A stretch of 64,000 bases of DNA from Tubiluchus corallicola. Its lineage: Eukaryota; Animalia; Priapulida. Positions within the stretch are counted from its first letter, which is position 1. Every line of letters starts with the position of its first letter. Below, one piece after another: positions 1 through 13,200 of this stretch. The notes under the pieces were generated by a model. The model saw only the letters and a list, made by a program, of their open reading frames with translations. It was not told where the DNA came from and ran no database searches. The position numbers were made by a program, and so were the translations under genes. The stretch covers positions 62,001-126,000 of the forward strand of contig JAQGDQ010000080.1 in assembly GCA_030141605.1 (NCBI GenBank), written 5' to 3'.

Positions 1-3000
1 CTGTTTAAAGAGTGTAAACTTGTAAATACAGCTAAGGGTGTTCAAAGTGAGTACTCCTGTAGCTGAAATGCCAGGTATCTGTTTGATTGCCAGCGATTTG
101 TACTTGCGCTACACAAAATTCGTATTCCGCTGACGAATATATTATCTGATATAACACAATGACTTAAACGCCTGAAGCATGACTAAACTAACAGCGTTAG
201 CGGCACTGGGAGGTTCCCAATGAGGAGAATGGGAAGCCTTTGTTGCATGTTTCTGTACTGCATGGTACTTTGGACTGCTCAGTGCTTATGCCTTTTCTAA
301 GGTAATCATTCCTAAGAGCCCTATTCCTCTTGTAGTCAATGTAATACAAACTTATAATCGAACAAATGCAAAAAGATATTCCTTTGCCCAGTAAAAATTA
401 TATTTTAGACAATGTAATGCCGTATGCTGGTTTTACTTGCCATGTATACGGTTTTTCAAATATTCATTTGCGTTTGCTGCATTACATGTACAAAATTATC
501 ATGCTGCCGAACTTATCTGTCTGAGTTATTTCTGCAGGTAAGCTTCCTTATCACTATCGGCTACCACTGTGACTGTGCCTAGTAAATGTAAATACATCAG
601 CTAATATACTAGAAATACGAAAGATGAAAGTTTGCACATAAAATGACATTCAAATTCAATAAATTGTCAACACAACCAGGGACTTTTTGGGATACAGGAC
701 AACAACCTATTGCTCTGGCATTGCCGTTGCCTTTGTAACCGCCATAAGTGAGTTTACTGGTAATGACAGACTCCTTGTCAATGACATTTATTGGTGAATG
801 ACATTTTCTGCAGATATCTAATAAGGTTAGAATAAAAAATAATTTTCAAACATTCAGAGCACGTACAGTTTTCAGTGGTGTACAGATACTGTATTTCGAC
901 GCAGACATTGCAATACAGGATGCCTCGCCCGAAAACATTTGGACACATAGATCATTTGAACACAAGGTACTTCGGACACAGATAGTTTCAGAGCACGTAG
1001 TTAAACTGAGTTACGCTGTAGCAGTGTGTGTGCGTGCGTGAAAGTGTTGTTACAGACCCAGAAAAGATTTTTTGCATCCTAGCCGGGTGTCTGTTTTCAG
1101 GACACATTACTTTCAAAGCTAAGTGAATGTTTTGAACTTGGCAATAGACATTGTCAGGCTGCTCTACTAGCCTGCATACTTGCGCTGATTAAACGATGTT
1201 CTCAGCTTCACTAAATTCACTCTGACGCGATTATACAGCTCTTAAAACTGCTTCCATCCGTCTAGTACCGTTGATGTTCATTTATTATAAGATGCACGCG
1301 CCACGTAGCGTGTTCTTTTAAATGTGCAGTTCTTGCAAGTACTCGGTTTACAGGATGTCGCTCTTTTGTATCATATTGTTTCTTGCAGCTAAATAAGCAG
1401 CTACAATAATAAGACATTTCACATTTTTAAAGAGATACAAGTTAGTAAATGAAGTGTGACTGTATTTATTTGAAATGCTGTGTAGCTGAGTAATTATTGA
1501 GCGCTTAGTGGTTGGATTCTGCTAAACGGAACTCGTTCATGATGTAACTGATGAACACTTTTTTGAATTTTTCGTCATATTCGAATGTATGGTCCATGTG
1601 TAATTTATGCAATAATTTTTCCGAAGGCGTCAGAAGCAAAAATGTAAAAATAGTAATGGTGGTTTGTCTTATGAGATATGTAGTTTAATTCAGTAGCGTT
1701 CTGAACTGAGCTAATGTCCTACAGAGTACAGACTATAATCTACTTCTTCCTAGCAGAGATGCACAATGTTGTAATGCTGACGTCACAACATGAATGAGAG
1801 GCTATATGGCCGCTGGCTACTGTAATGGTCTGCATCGTTATTGTCTCCAGTGTTATCGTTGCCTAATGTAAGTAGCAAATCTGTAAAAGAAAAAGGAAAG
1901 TTGCACTGTACAACAAATATACTTTGCATGTACAGTATTTGAAAATTGCATGATCTTCAGTACTTGTAATGGACAACTGGACGTGATATTTCTTAACAGA
2001 CGTGGGTAAATTTATGGGAATGCTCAAATATTAGTTGGTTATTTACTGTCTACTCTGACTAAGTAAATTAAACAACAATTTTACTCCTTTCACGGAAGAG
2101 GTACTTTACAAAATGCCAACGTCGTTATTGTTAATACAAGACTTTTAAATGCTTAAAAAAGGTGTTTGCTGTATAATATATAAGAACTATTAATTAGGCA
2201 GTTATTTAGTTAGCTGGGAATACATATTTGATTAATCAACTGCCGTACTGAGTAAGCATGTGTCAGCAGAAACAATATAAATAGGTAATGCAAATTCATG
2301 TATAAAAATCTATGAATAAGGTGAATTAATAAATGTTGTATGCCCCGTACAATCGTACATTGCAATATTTAGCCTTAAGATGGTTAGTTTGGTGCCAATC
2401 ATAGATTCAGCTTGAGACTTACTACTGTTTGTGATCAAATAAATAAGTTAAGCCGCTGAGATTAATGCCATAAAATAATCATTTATCGCTAACAATTTGT
2501 AGGCCATTGTATGTTTAATATTCTCGGGCTTTTGTATTGATATGAAAAAATCTTTTTAGCTGTGCTGTCTTGTATTTATTTGCACTCAACTTGTTTGTAC
2601 ATTTTACTAAGTAAAGATTTATACGTGTATTGCACTGACATTTCCACACGAATGTGGACATTTTCAACATGCAGTGAATGATTTAATCCCCGCATTATTG
2701 ACTGAGTTAGCTGCACTATTTTATTACTATGGGGACTAGAGCAGCAGCTGTTGGCGAGGCATCATGCACTGTATCGTGCATACATGTGGTGGCTGTGACC
2801 TAGTTGTGTCAGAAGTTCTTTGCTATATGAATGCGGGCATGAATGCACTTCATAGCTCATACTGAACCTGCGTCAGTTTTTTAGGCTGTGCTTAAGTGGA
2901 GAGTTATGAGGCGATGCTGCGCCATAGATATAATTGTAGAATTGCCAATCTTTCCATGTTTTTCACCTAACCTGAAGTTTTTCTGGCATAACATTATCTT

Positions 3001-6000
3001 AATTCTTGATGGAACGAGGAGCTTATATTACCAACACATGTATTAAGTGTAGTATTAAAGCTGTGATTGCAATTATAGAATGCCAATTTCACCTGTATTG
3101 TTTTTCTGTGTGTGACATGTGCTTAAGAACTCATGATAGGGTTAAATGAAAAAAAGTATATATGCAGGGTGTTATGATTGACGTGAAGTATAGTGGCTGA
3201 TAGGCGTATTTAAGTTATAATTTGCTTGTGTTGAGACTGCGTTTCATTGTACAGAGTACAGTTTCCAGTTTATGATCCCATATAGTTAGTTTCCAGTTTA
3301 TAATCCCATCTGCACTGCGAGATTGTATTATTACACCTCTATGCTATGATGCCTTTTCGTTTAGAAATGGGGTTAGTTTTTTATTAGTAGAACTTGTTTG
3401 AAAATGTTTAAAAGTTTATAGTATAGCCTTTCCATTTTTTCAATAACTGGACATTTTAACAACATTAAGACGAGCTGTCATCTTCTATGATGAATGTTGG
3501 GTTAAAAATCGTACATATTGAAATTCATTTAAAGAGGTATACGAATTTATTGTCAAGACTTGCATGATCGTCGATAGTCCTCATCACTGCGTAAAAACTG
3601 AGCTTTTGTATCTTGCTTCTACAGATCCAGTTCGTGACCTTTTTATGTTTCTTAGATTTCAGATTTACGTTATTTGAGCTAGAATTTGGTTTCCCAAAAT
3701 TCCAAAACCTTATTGGCGATAGTGCCAGATCATGATTACATGATCCGTGTTACATGACACGGATTTGTGTCGCGTAAATAACTAGTTTCTTTATGAATTA
3801 CTGTTATACATATCCAATCCATAAAGTCAAACTGGGTTTGTCAAATTGTGTTCTGGTCTGAGTTACGGCATGCCTGCTTTATATAATGAATGCGTGATGG
3901 GTTCATAATTTAACCTTTCCTGCCTGACCCGCCGATTGCCCTGTGAGTTGCGATTTGTCTGCGTACCAGCGCGTACCACAGCTTCGCTTTCACTGCTCAT
4001 GCGAAATTGCGAATGTGTGCTGATAGTCTGGCTTCTTGTGAAAGCAGGTCACTCCATGGTCGGTGCTGTCGATGTCTGCCTCCAGTTTCTATTGCTGATG
4101 CCATTTCATATTATTTTTTTGTTATAGAGTGCAGAGAAAGTGTCGTTGTTGAAAGTAGGTTGAATTTTATTAGTAGTTCACGTATCATTTTCGCGAGCAC
4201 ACGGCGTTTGTTTTGTAAGTGAATATCACGAATTAGTGTTCTGTTTGATGACTAAAAGCCGACGAAGAGTCAAATTGAATTTAGCACTCCGTGCACTGTT
4301 ATGTAAGCATTCTTGACATGATTACCATGCTCTTTACTTTAGTTGCTTTCCTGCGTGTGTGTGTGTGCGTGCGCGCGTGATACTTTCTGGTTTTTAATTT
4401 ACAATCAGGTATACATAGCTGGCTCAGAAATTTTTTGTTTGCATGCTTTTATTACTATTTATGTCTAATTTATTTAGTGATAGATAAAATAGTGCTAACT
4501 AAAATTTGCAACCATGTCGATGCGAAATTTACCAATTACCATCCAGACTTTTCATATTCATTAGATTTGTTATGATTTGGAAAGCTGGATGTATTACTTT
4601 TAAGCGCCAGTGTAAATGAGTAAATCTAGTTCAATAGGCAGAACAAATATTATTTCACTATGCAAAATGTCGTATTTCAAACTTTCCTAAGAACGAGAGA
4701 TTTTTTTCTTATTTATGCCGGTCGGATTTTCTTAATTAGAACAGAATGAATTACAAAAGCAATATAAAACGTGTAATATTAACAAATTGTTTGTGCAGAG
4801 CACAATTTTAAATTATCCTTCTGACGTGTTTCAACTGTTTTACAGTATTCCAACGTTAAGCATTTGTTGATGTTTTAGCAACTGACGAAGAACCCGATGC
4901 GTGTTGCCCGTACAAATTTCAGGCTTTTAGCAACCCTCAAATACATGGCTTCATCATTACAGTCTTATGGCATTGACGTCATAATATTAGCTGCAAAGAG
5001 GAACGCGACTGAAATCCAAACGCATAATTAGCCAAGCTTGACGTCCTGCGTGCGACAACTGACGCAAAATTACACAAACGCTTACAAGATATTGTAAAAG
5101 TTCCAAGTCTGATATTGTATTTGGCTTGATAAGCAAACTTGAGATTTTAGTCCTTATAACGGTAAATTTCCATTGTGGCTGCCTAGTGTTATTATTACGA
5201 ACGAAGAGCCTTGTACGGGTCAATAAATTACTTTATTATTGGAATACTTGTGATTGATTTGACCATATGTTTTATATATCAAGAGAACAACTGGGGTTAT
5301 TTACATAAGTATTGCGGTTTATTTGTTTAGAGTGAGTGTCTATACGTTGATTCTTTTAAAAGAATAATGGACTGTTGATAATATCATAATAACCATGACG
5401 GTGATGATATTGGTGTTGACGATAGCAGCGATGGAAGATCACCAAAATCATCATGGATTATGTGAACCATTGAGCTTAGCCTTCTGCTTGTTATGTTTGG
5501 GTTGACATACTTTTGTTTCTCATATAAAGATTTTGGGAGTGATTTCAGGCATGTTTTGACAGTTTGGGAATTTTATGGTACAGTGTATGTCCAAAGAAGC
5601 GCATGTTGGCGAAGGCCTGGGAATGAATGCATAAAGGTCTTAAGGTCTTGTGTATTTAGTGATTTATTGCTTTTCACTTGGTTCGTGTTTTCTACCGTTT
5701 TTATTGAGTTTCTTAGATGTTTGCATCAGTCCATCTAGGTCTCAGGTCTGTTCAAAGGTTGAACGAAGATGTCTCTTTCAGCCATTGCTATTACTACTGA
5801 TGTTACTCATGATTTCACATATTCGTGCAAGTGTTAGTAACTTTCATTAGCACGTTATTTAAGTTATTAATTAGTGTTCTCTTTTTTGGTAGTTTTTAAT
5901 CTAGTGACAAAGCACAGTAGGAGTTGTATTGCAAACAATGTGTAGTTTGCTAGTATTGTGGGTTTTCTACCATTTTTGTATTAACTGCGTGCAAACATTC

Positions 6001-6717
6001 ACTGTCCTCTTTTTTGTACAGTCTATGTAGTCACTCTTGAATTTCACTGTCTAAAGTAGGTCATTATGGGAAATGAAGCGGATCTAGGAGGCTTATCTGT
6101 GAAACATTTCTGCTTTCACCGCTGCAGTTTAAACTCTGAATTCTATAATAAGCATGGATTAAGAAAATCTAAGTGTAACATCCTATGAAGCTATTAGAGC
6201 AAAGAATAAATGTTTTGTGCTTGGTTCCTGTGACTAGGAATCGTGATTGCTGCCCATACGAAAGTTTGTTAGATAATATGATAGCCTGTTCTCATTTCTT
6301 CCCAAGCATTGACTTTTTGTCACCGTAGGATAATGTTATTAAATTTGTTGTTATAACTCTAGCCTGTTACCTTGTATTTCAAGCTATAATATGCTCAGAT
6401 TTAATTGGGCTATCTGCTAAGTGGTCATAGTTTTCTGAACAACTACTAAGTTTTATATCTAGCTTCACTCTTTCCCACGTTAATACTTTGGTTTTGAAGT
6501 GTAAATAGATTTTTTGCTGCTGCTTGACACCATGTACATTGTGGACTGAAGTGATTGTTTTGCTGTGAAGTACTGCTTTGCAGTAATTTAATTGTATTTG
6601 CCTATGCGGACATGCCTGTGAAGTAAGTTGACAAGTTATGCTTTCTTCTGTTATAGGTGAGCTCAACTGTGGAACTGGTATAGCCCACTCAAATGTTGGG
6701 CCAGGAGTGTTAGTAAG

Positions 6718-6788
6718 ATGAGCTTAACGGGAATACCCACTTCACGAAAGCGCCAGAAGTCTACAGAGTTAACTAGTCCAGAAACTCT
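6718..6788 (+). CDS. NCOA: NCOA coding exon 1 ([14 protein letters not shown]..., NLS-like RKR)
   Basis: Acceptor ttatag at 6656, in-frame upstream TGA 6658-6660, ATG 6718, donor gtgagt 6789; SRKR resembles the p160 N-terminal basic NLS; phase 2 joins the next exon. Confidence 0.85.
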
Positions 6789-9700
6789 GTGAGTATTGAT
6801 TTTTAGTTTAAATCTTGGGTAATTGTTTGGCTTTACAAAAAGGGACAAATTGTCCAAGATTATAGTAATGCCATCCAAATAGTATATGTGGCCCTATATT
6901 TAACTCTTTACTTTTTATGGATTAATGAGAGTTACACGCCTGATGTGGTGGAGTTGTGCTCAGCCTGGTCCTCTGGTATATGTACTAGACTATATAACAT
7001 CCAATACCTGGTCTAACCTGAACAACTCAGTAACTCTGTTCAGTAGATTATAAAGGTAGAATACCGAATTCATTCTCATAGCTGCTGTTGATTCATTATC
7101 ACTGTCTCTGATTGAAGAACATGGACCTGATGGAAATATTGAGCTGCTGCAACAATAAATGTCCTGAAGCCACGGAAGCAAGTACGCACTATGCACTATA
7201 GTGAACAGATCCGATGATAACAGAGGTTGATTAGATTTGAGTTTGACAGTAAGAACTTAAGAAATTAAAGTTGTATTTAAGCAGATGTTTCTCTGAACAG
7301 TATTTAGATGTCATTGTTTTCTGTTACAGAGAGAAGTGCCTTAAGGACAAACAACGCAGTGAGCAAGAAAACAGCTACATTGAGGAGCTGGCAGAGCTGA
7401 TATCTGCCAGCATTAGTGATATGAACACTTTCCCCATTAAACCTGACAAGTGTGCAGTACTGCAGGAAACTGTAAAACAAATAAGGCGAATAAAGGATCA
7501 GCAAGGTAAACTAAATATTTACAATTACGTTAATAAGTCACTGTAGTCAAATGTGTTTTCTACTATAATTCCCATTTTCAAATTTGTAGCTATACATCAA
7601 CGAATCATATGAATACTTATATGATGAATGCAAAAAGAACTTAAATGAAAGGAAAAATCATTGCCATCAATTATGGCTTTTGTAAAGATTCATAAAATGT
7701 CCGGACCTATGTGGCCTTTGATCAGCTATTTAAATCGATTTTTATAATTGTGACCAGCAATTGCCTTGCCAAGTAAGTTCAAATTTCACATTGTGACTGA
7801 GTCTGAGCTTTGTTACACAAGTTTGTAGTTAGAGCAAGAGGCTTTTAGCGGTATTTGGGGATGATTCGAGGCAGATTCTGACTTGGTTTAATTTTTTTGT
7901 AATCATATTAGCAAGTATTTATCTAACATTGCTATTTTTCTATGGTCTGCTATTTTGTGCAAGCTATTTAGCTTTAGTTGGGGAAAATAGTAGTTTAAAG
8001 TCCAATACAATTTCATGTACTGGATTCTGCTGCCCTAGTATGTTACAGTTTTGCTTAGGAAATAATAAATTCAGCATAGTGGCTTGAAAGCGAATTAATT
8101 CATAATGCCCAGATTATATCACACATTTTACATTAGTCCTTTGGCCTTTGGATTAGCAAACAGGTACAGCTTCAATTCTCTATCAGTAATTTTTAATCTT
8201 GGTAGCATTGACTTAGCTAATTTTGTTGTTTAGTTAAATGATAGATGTATTTATTTTACCCTGCTGATACTCCAGATAACATCTAACACAGTCTTATTTG
8301 ATGGATATTACTGTACTTGTGGTATAATAAGCGATATTAAATTTTCTATGCTCGTCTGTTGGCTTATTGACAAAGATGAATGTTTGTGCCTACCCTAGGA
8401 TTACATAATTAATGTTTGTTGTAGTATAATAGTCAGCCTGTTTATTATGCATGCCCTGCTAAATGTGATGGATGGGTCCTGCTACAAAACATTTCTTGCA
8501 TAGGATGACAATGCTATTGTCCTCGATTTTAGTTTTCAGCGCCACAGGCATCAATCATGATTTAAGGCAAAAGTTTTTTTTGAACAGTGCAAAGTGATTT
8601 TAGATTTGATGTATTTTTGTAGTAAAAATTGTTGATGCAGGTGTTAATTTCAAGAGAGCGTTGCCCTCTGATTAACTACATTGCATCTTACTGTAACAAA
8701 GCTTTTAGCTCTGACACACACCTGTCTTGCAGAGCTCAATTTGCATTTTCCAGTGGTACATAAAGGAAAATTGTTGACTTTGTTAAAGATATTTTTGGTA
8801 ATAATGTTGTTACAATGGGCACTGTGTTTTAGGGAATGGTTGAATAAAGAGATATTGATTGTTTGCATTAGTAATATTGCATAAGCTTTAAAAATTGATG
8901 TATTCTTTAACATTAAATTACAATTTTAACACTTGGGTGACAAAAGTGATTTTACTTTTGTATGTTTCAGTGTGGATATTGATGATCAGTTTACCCATTC
9001 AAAGTTTATAGCAGTTTTCAGTAGCAAATTACTTTGTCAACTGATACTTAAATACTCGTAGTTTTCATATGGTGGCAAGGTGTTCAAACTTATGTGAAAT
9101 GAGCGAAGTGAGTTACTGGCAGTGTTGTCTTCAGTCACATCTCACTCTATGTTAGCTTGCGTGCAATTATGTACATACTTTTGATGATTTATGACTAAAT
9201 TCAATGATTTTATATCATTATTTTCTTCCCTACCAGTCCAGGCATGGACTTGGGTGGGAACGTTATATTCGCATCTTCATTGACTTTGGAGTTCGTGTGG
9301 AGTAGATGTCTGCATTTCTCATTATGATTTTTGGTCATTTTATGTAAATGTTTTTTTTGCTAATACATTTATTTTTAAGGTTTGCATTATTGTTCTAAGT
9401 GTTACTGTTACTTTTTCAGTGGGCAGTGGGAGTAGTGATGCTGTGCAAGAGAGTGACGTCTCTTCTAGCAAACGCCCCATCCTGGCCAACGATGTGTTAG
9501 GGCCTCTACTTTTAGAGGTAAATATTACATTGTGCCCAGAATTCTTCCAATTTTGCAAGCCTTTCAGTTTTATTACGTGCCATTTTGATTGGTGATGTGT
9601 TTTATAAGAAATGTAGTTTGGTTTCTGTCAAGAATGCGGCACTGCACATTTTTTAGCTAAAATTATAATCATCAGTTGTTTTACAGAATTGCTACAGTTG

Positions 9701-10145
9701 TTGGTTTTGCATGTAAGAGCACTGAGATCTACCTATAACATTTCTTGGTCAAAAGTGCGCTTCATTTTAAAATTGTAATTGTGAAATGGTTGTTATAGCC
9801 TTTTTAATGTTGAAAACGAATTTTTGTACAGAAACGTAGACAGTCAGTTTAATAAGAGAGCACTTAGATGCTTTGGCGGCTATTAGTTGCTTAAATTTGT
9901 TTCAGACAGTGTCTTTTGTAGTACTGTATGTTATTTTTTCAGGCCCTTAATGGTTTCCTGTTTGTCGTGAATAGTGAATGTAGGATTGAGTTTGTATCTG
10001 ACAACGTGATCTCATTCCTCAAGTTTACCCAGGTAAAGTACATTGATTGTGCTTTAATTGGTGTAAAATGAAATATTGCTGTTGATATTTTTTGCTTGGC
10101 ATTTTGTAGTTAGCTAATGTGGTAGCCTGGTAAAACTAATGACTG

Positions 10146-10232
<87 letters not shown>

Positions 10233-13200
10233 TTCAATGTGGAAAAGACTGCTGCTGTATTATCTGTTTGAAGTACAAAAAGATGTAGTATATTAGTATA
10301 TTATTAAAACTACTTCCTTTTTTGCAGGATGAGTTGGTAGGAAAGAGTGTGTACAGCATCATCCATCCTGCTGACCGAAGCTTGTTCGACAACAGTTTAC
10401 TTTCTTTATCTATAGGCATGTTTCCATTTTTAATAAGTGTGGCAGTTATAATCCCATTTGATGTCTCCACAACAATTTGTTGGCAACTACCTGTTTGTTT
10501 CAGGAAAAGGTTACAAATACATAAGCACATTTTTGGAAATTATGCTGCTTGAATCATGGAAATGTATTAGCAGCTGATGTTAATGTGCAATACAAAAAAC
10601 CCAAAAATCTTTTCGTGTCATTCAAAGATAAAGATATCTGAAGTAGATACCAAATACTGCGATATAAGAATGTAAGAGTTTTCAGAGATTCCGAACAAGT
10701 GTTCTTTGTTACACAGGCATCTTTAACAAAGGTCTTGAATTTTCATTTACATTTTTATGACTAAATGAGAAGTAGTTTGCCTACACGTTTGCCACGGATT
10801 TTTTGCTCCCTCGAATATTTTCACTATGAAAATCGCACGCAAGGACTTATTTTTATTCTTTTTGTTTCCGCACTGTTTAGACAGTGTATCGGCAAATGTT
10901 GTTACATTTGTAATGTTATACACTGTTATTGTTAATACACTATTAAATTGTGGAAAACATACCAAAATGTTTTTAGTCTGTTTTTCTAGTATATCCTTTT
11001 GCTCCTTTCAGGTAAGAAGTGGCTTTCCGGTGATTCTGGAGGTAACAAGAGTCAATCTTTCAATGGCCGCTTGTTGTTACGGCCCGATGTTGCTGACACG
11101 AATAAAGAGGGTGCAGAATTGCAACTGAATCCAGGTTCTCCACATAATTATGAGAGCATGCAAATTTCAGCAGTTCCACTACCTTATCCTGGAGACAAGA
11201 CTGATGAGATTGAACTAAATGGTAGGTTTATGAAATACTTAGCTGACACAAGAGCTGCACTGTGTTTGTGGAATGTTCTTAAGCCCTAGTCGTTTAATAG
11301 TATTTTTTTACGCGGCTTAGCCAGACTGTCTTTTGGGCGACCAAGTCACTAGGAAGATGTGTAATTAATCTGAACAGCCGGAATATGCCTTACACATATA
11401 TTGAACAATAACTTAGAAACTTTTATAATGGTGACGCGATGGACAAACCTTCTACAATACAAACATACACATGCATTGAACAACATCCAAATCGATTTGC
11501 ATCATCGAAAAAGCATCACTTACAGGTGTCCCAGTTTGCAGATTTGAACCTGGATGTGACATAGCTTTTTTGGCGTACTAGGATTTAGGTACTAGAATCT
11601 AGTACAATAACAGAATCTAGGTACTGCTGTAATGTAGGGTACTGCAGAACAGTTTGGTTTAAAGCAAAGAAAAATTTGACTTAATGCTGTCTAAAATAAA
11701 ATGTGTGAATCAGATTTGTGACCTACAAATGTGTTTTAACTTTTTGTAATTTACTGGCACTTTCTAGTATCTAATGACTAAGTAAGGTTAGTGGACATAT
11801 ACTCCATTGGCCTCTGAAATACCTTGTTGTCGAATGTGTCAAGATGCAGGTATTGTTAGTGATGTTGAAAAGACAATGTAAAGACCAAACTTGGCTGCAA
11901 ACATGTGCAAGAAATGAGTCCGGTTTTTGATTCTTTGTGCCATACCCAGACCCCTAGATTTTGGACTTGCAGCACTCCCTATTCTGAAATCCCAGTAAAG
12001 TCCTTGGTGCCATGGAATTTTATTTATTTTGATACACTACTAATGACTTTGGTAATTTCAGATAATTCACAGTCATGCTTAGTCTGTGTAGCTCGTCAGA
12101 TTCCTCCAAACGAAAAGATCGAGTTGACCCGACCCTTAGGTGTGGAACAGTTTACTACTAGAGAAGATATGAGTGGCAAGATTTTGGATTTTGATGCCAT
12201 CAAAGTCACGTCTAATCAATATTTGATCAAGGGTCTTGTTGGAAAGAAAATTCAAGACTTGTATCACCAGAGTGATTTACCTAAATTATTAGTACACCAT
12301 CAAACAGGTATGTATTCAGTGTAACATGTATATATATATATATCGGATGATGCAGAAAAAATGTGCTGAAGTTTAGACTACAATAATATTAGAAGCAAGT
12401 GTCCTACAAAATTAAAACTTTACAGTGTGGTATTATAATATGCCAATTTTTTGCTGCAAAAATTACAAGTTTATAGTTATAGTGGTTCTTGAGTTATGGC
12501 AAAAAAACTTGGATGTTAGAAAAATGTTGGAACAGTGTCAGCTATAGTCACCATCTGAAAAACTGTCACATTGGGATATAAAGCAGTTAATAGATGGCAG
12601 CAAAATAATAAAAAAATCAACCAGTTTACATCATGGTCTTCACTACAGAAAATAAAACACTGATAAAGATTTGTTACCGAGAAAAAATGGGAGTTCTATG
12701 AATTACGGTATCTAGAATTCCCTTAAAGAGTAAGTGGACAAATGTCACACACAGCTGTTTGATGCAACTAAGACAAAAACTGTTGAGTGCTTGGGCCAAA
12801 TACCCCTTAACGAAGTGAAAACCTGTCGGCTGTTGGACAAAATGTATTTGTCTAGCTTACAGTGAAAATGGTGGGCAGTAGAGCACTTGCCATAAATTTT
12901 AGCAATTGTAACAAAATTTTTTCCGACATTTCTTAGCTTGTTGATTTAAATTAAAACTTTTATATCTTTTGACAAATCTAAGGGCGTGACCTAAGATTTT
13001 TGTGTGTATACATGAACGTTTGTAACATCAGAGTGATAATTTTCAAGCAACACTATTCTTTTCTGCTTGTAATGTTGTGATCAAATTTAGGCACATTTTT
13101 TGTGCTATCTAATATATATGTTTATATACGCAGTTTTGTGTAAGTAAAATGCATCAAAACTACGATCTCTTCAATACTTGCGAAGTAAAGTGTCCTGCAT

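Noticed and set aside
930-1000. Three spaced copies of about 10 bp (tt-ggacaca), superficially array-like; similar short repeats at 3259-3310, 11575-11645 and 42476-42530
   Set aside because: Degenerate minisatellites in eukaryotic introns; no CRISPR repeat-spacer geometry and no cas genes
7120-7201. Short [23 protein letters not shown] as an alternative first NCOA exon
   Set aside because: The donor a|gtacgc is phase 1 while exon 2 needs phase 2; it would require a rare GAG acceptor
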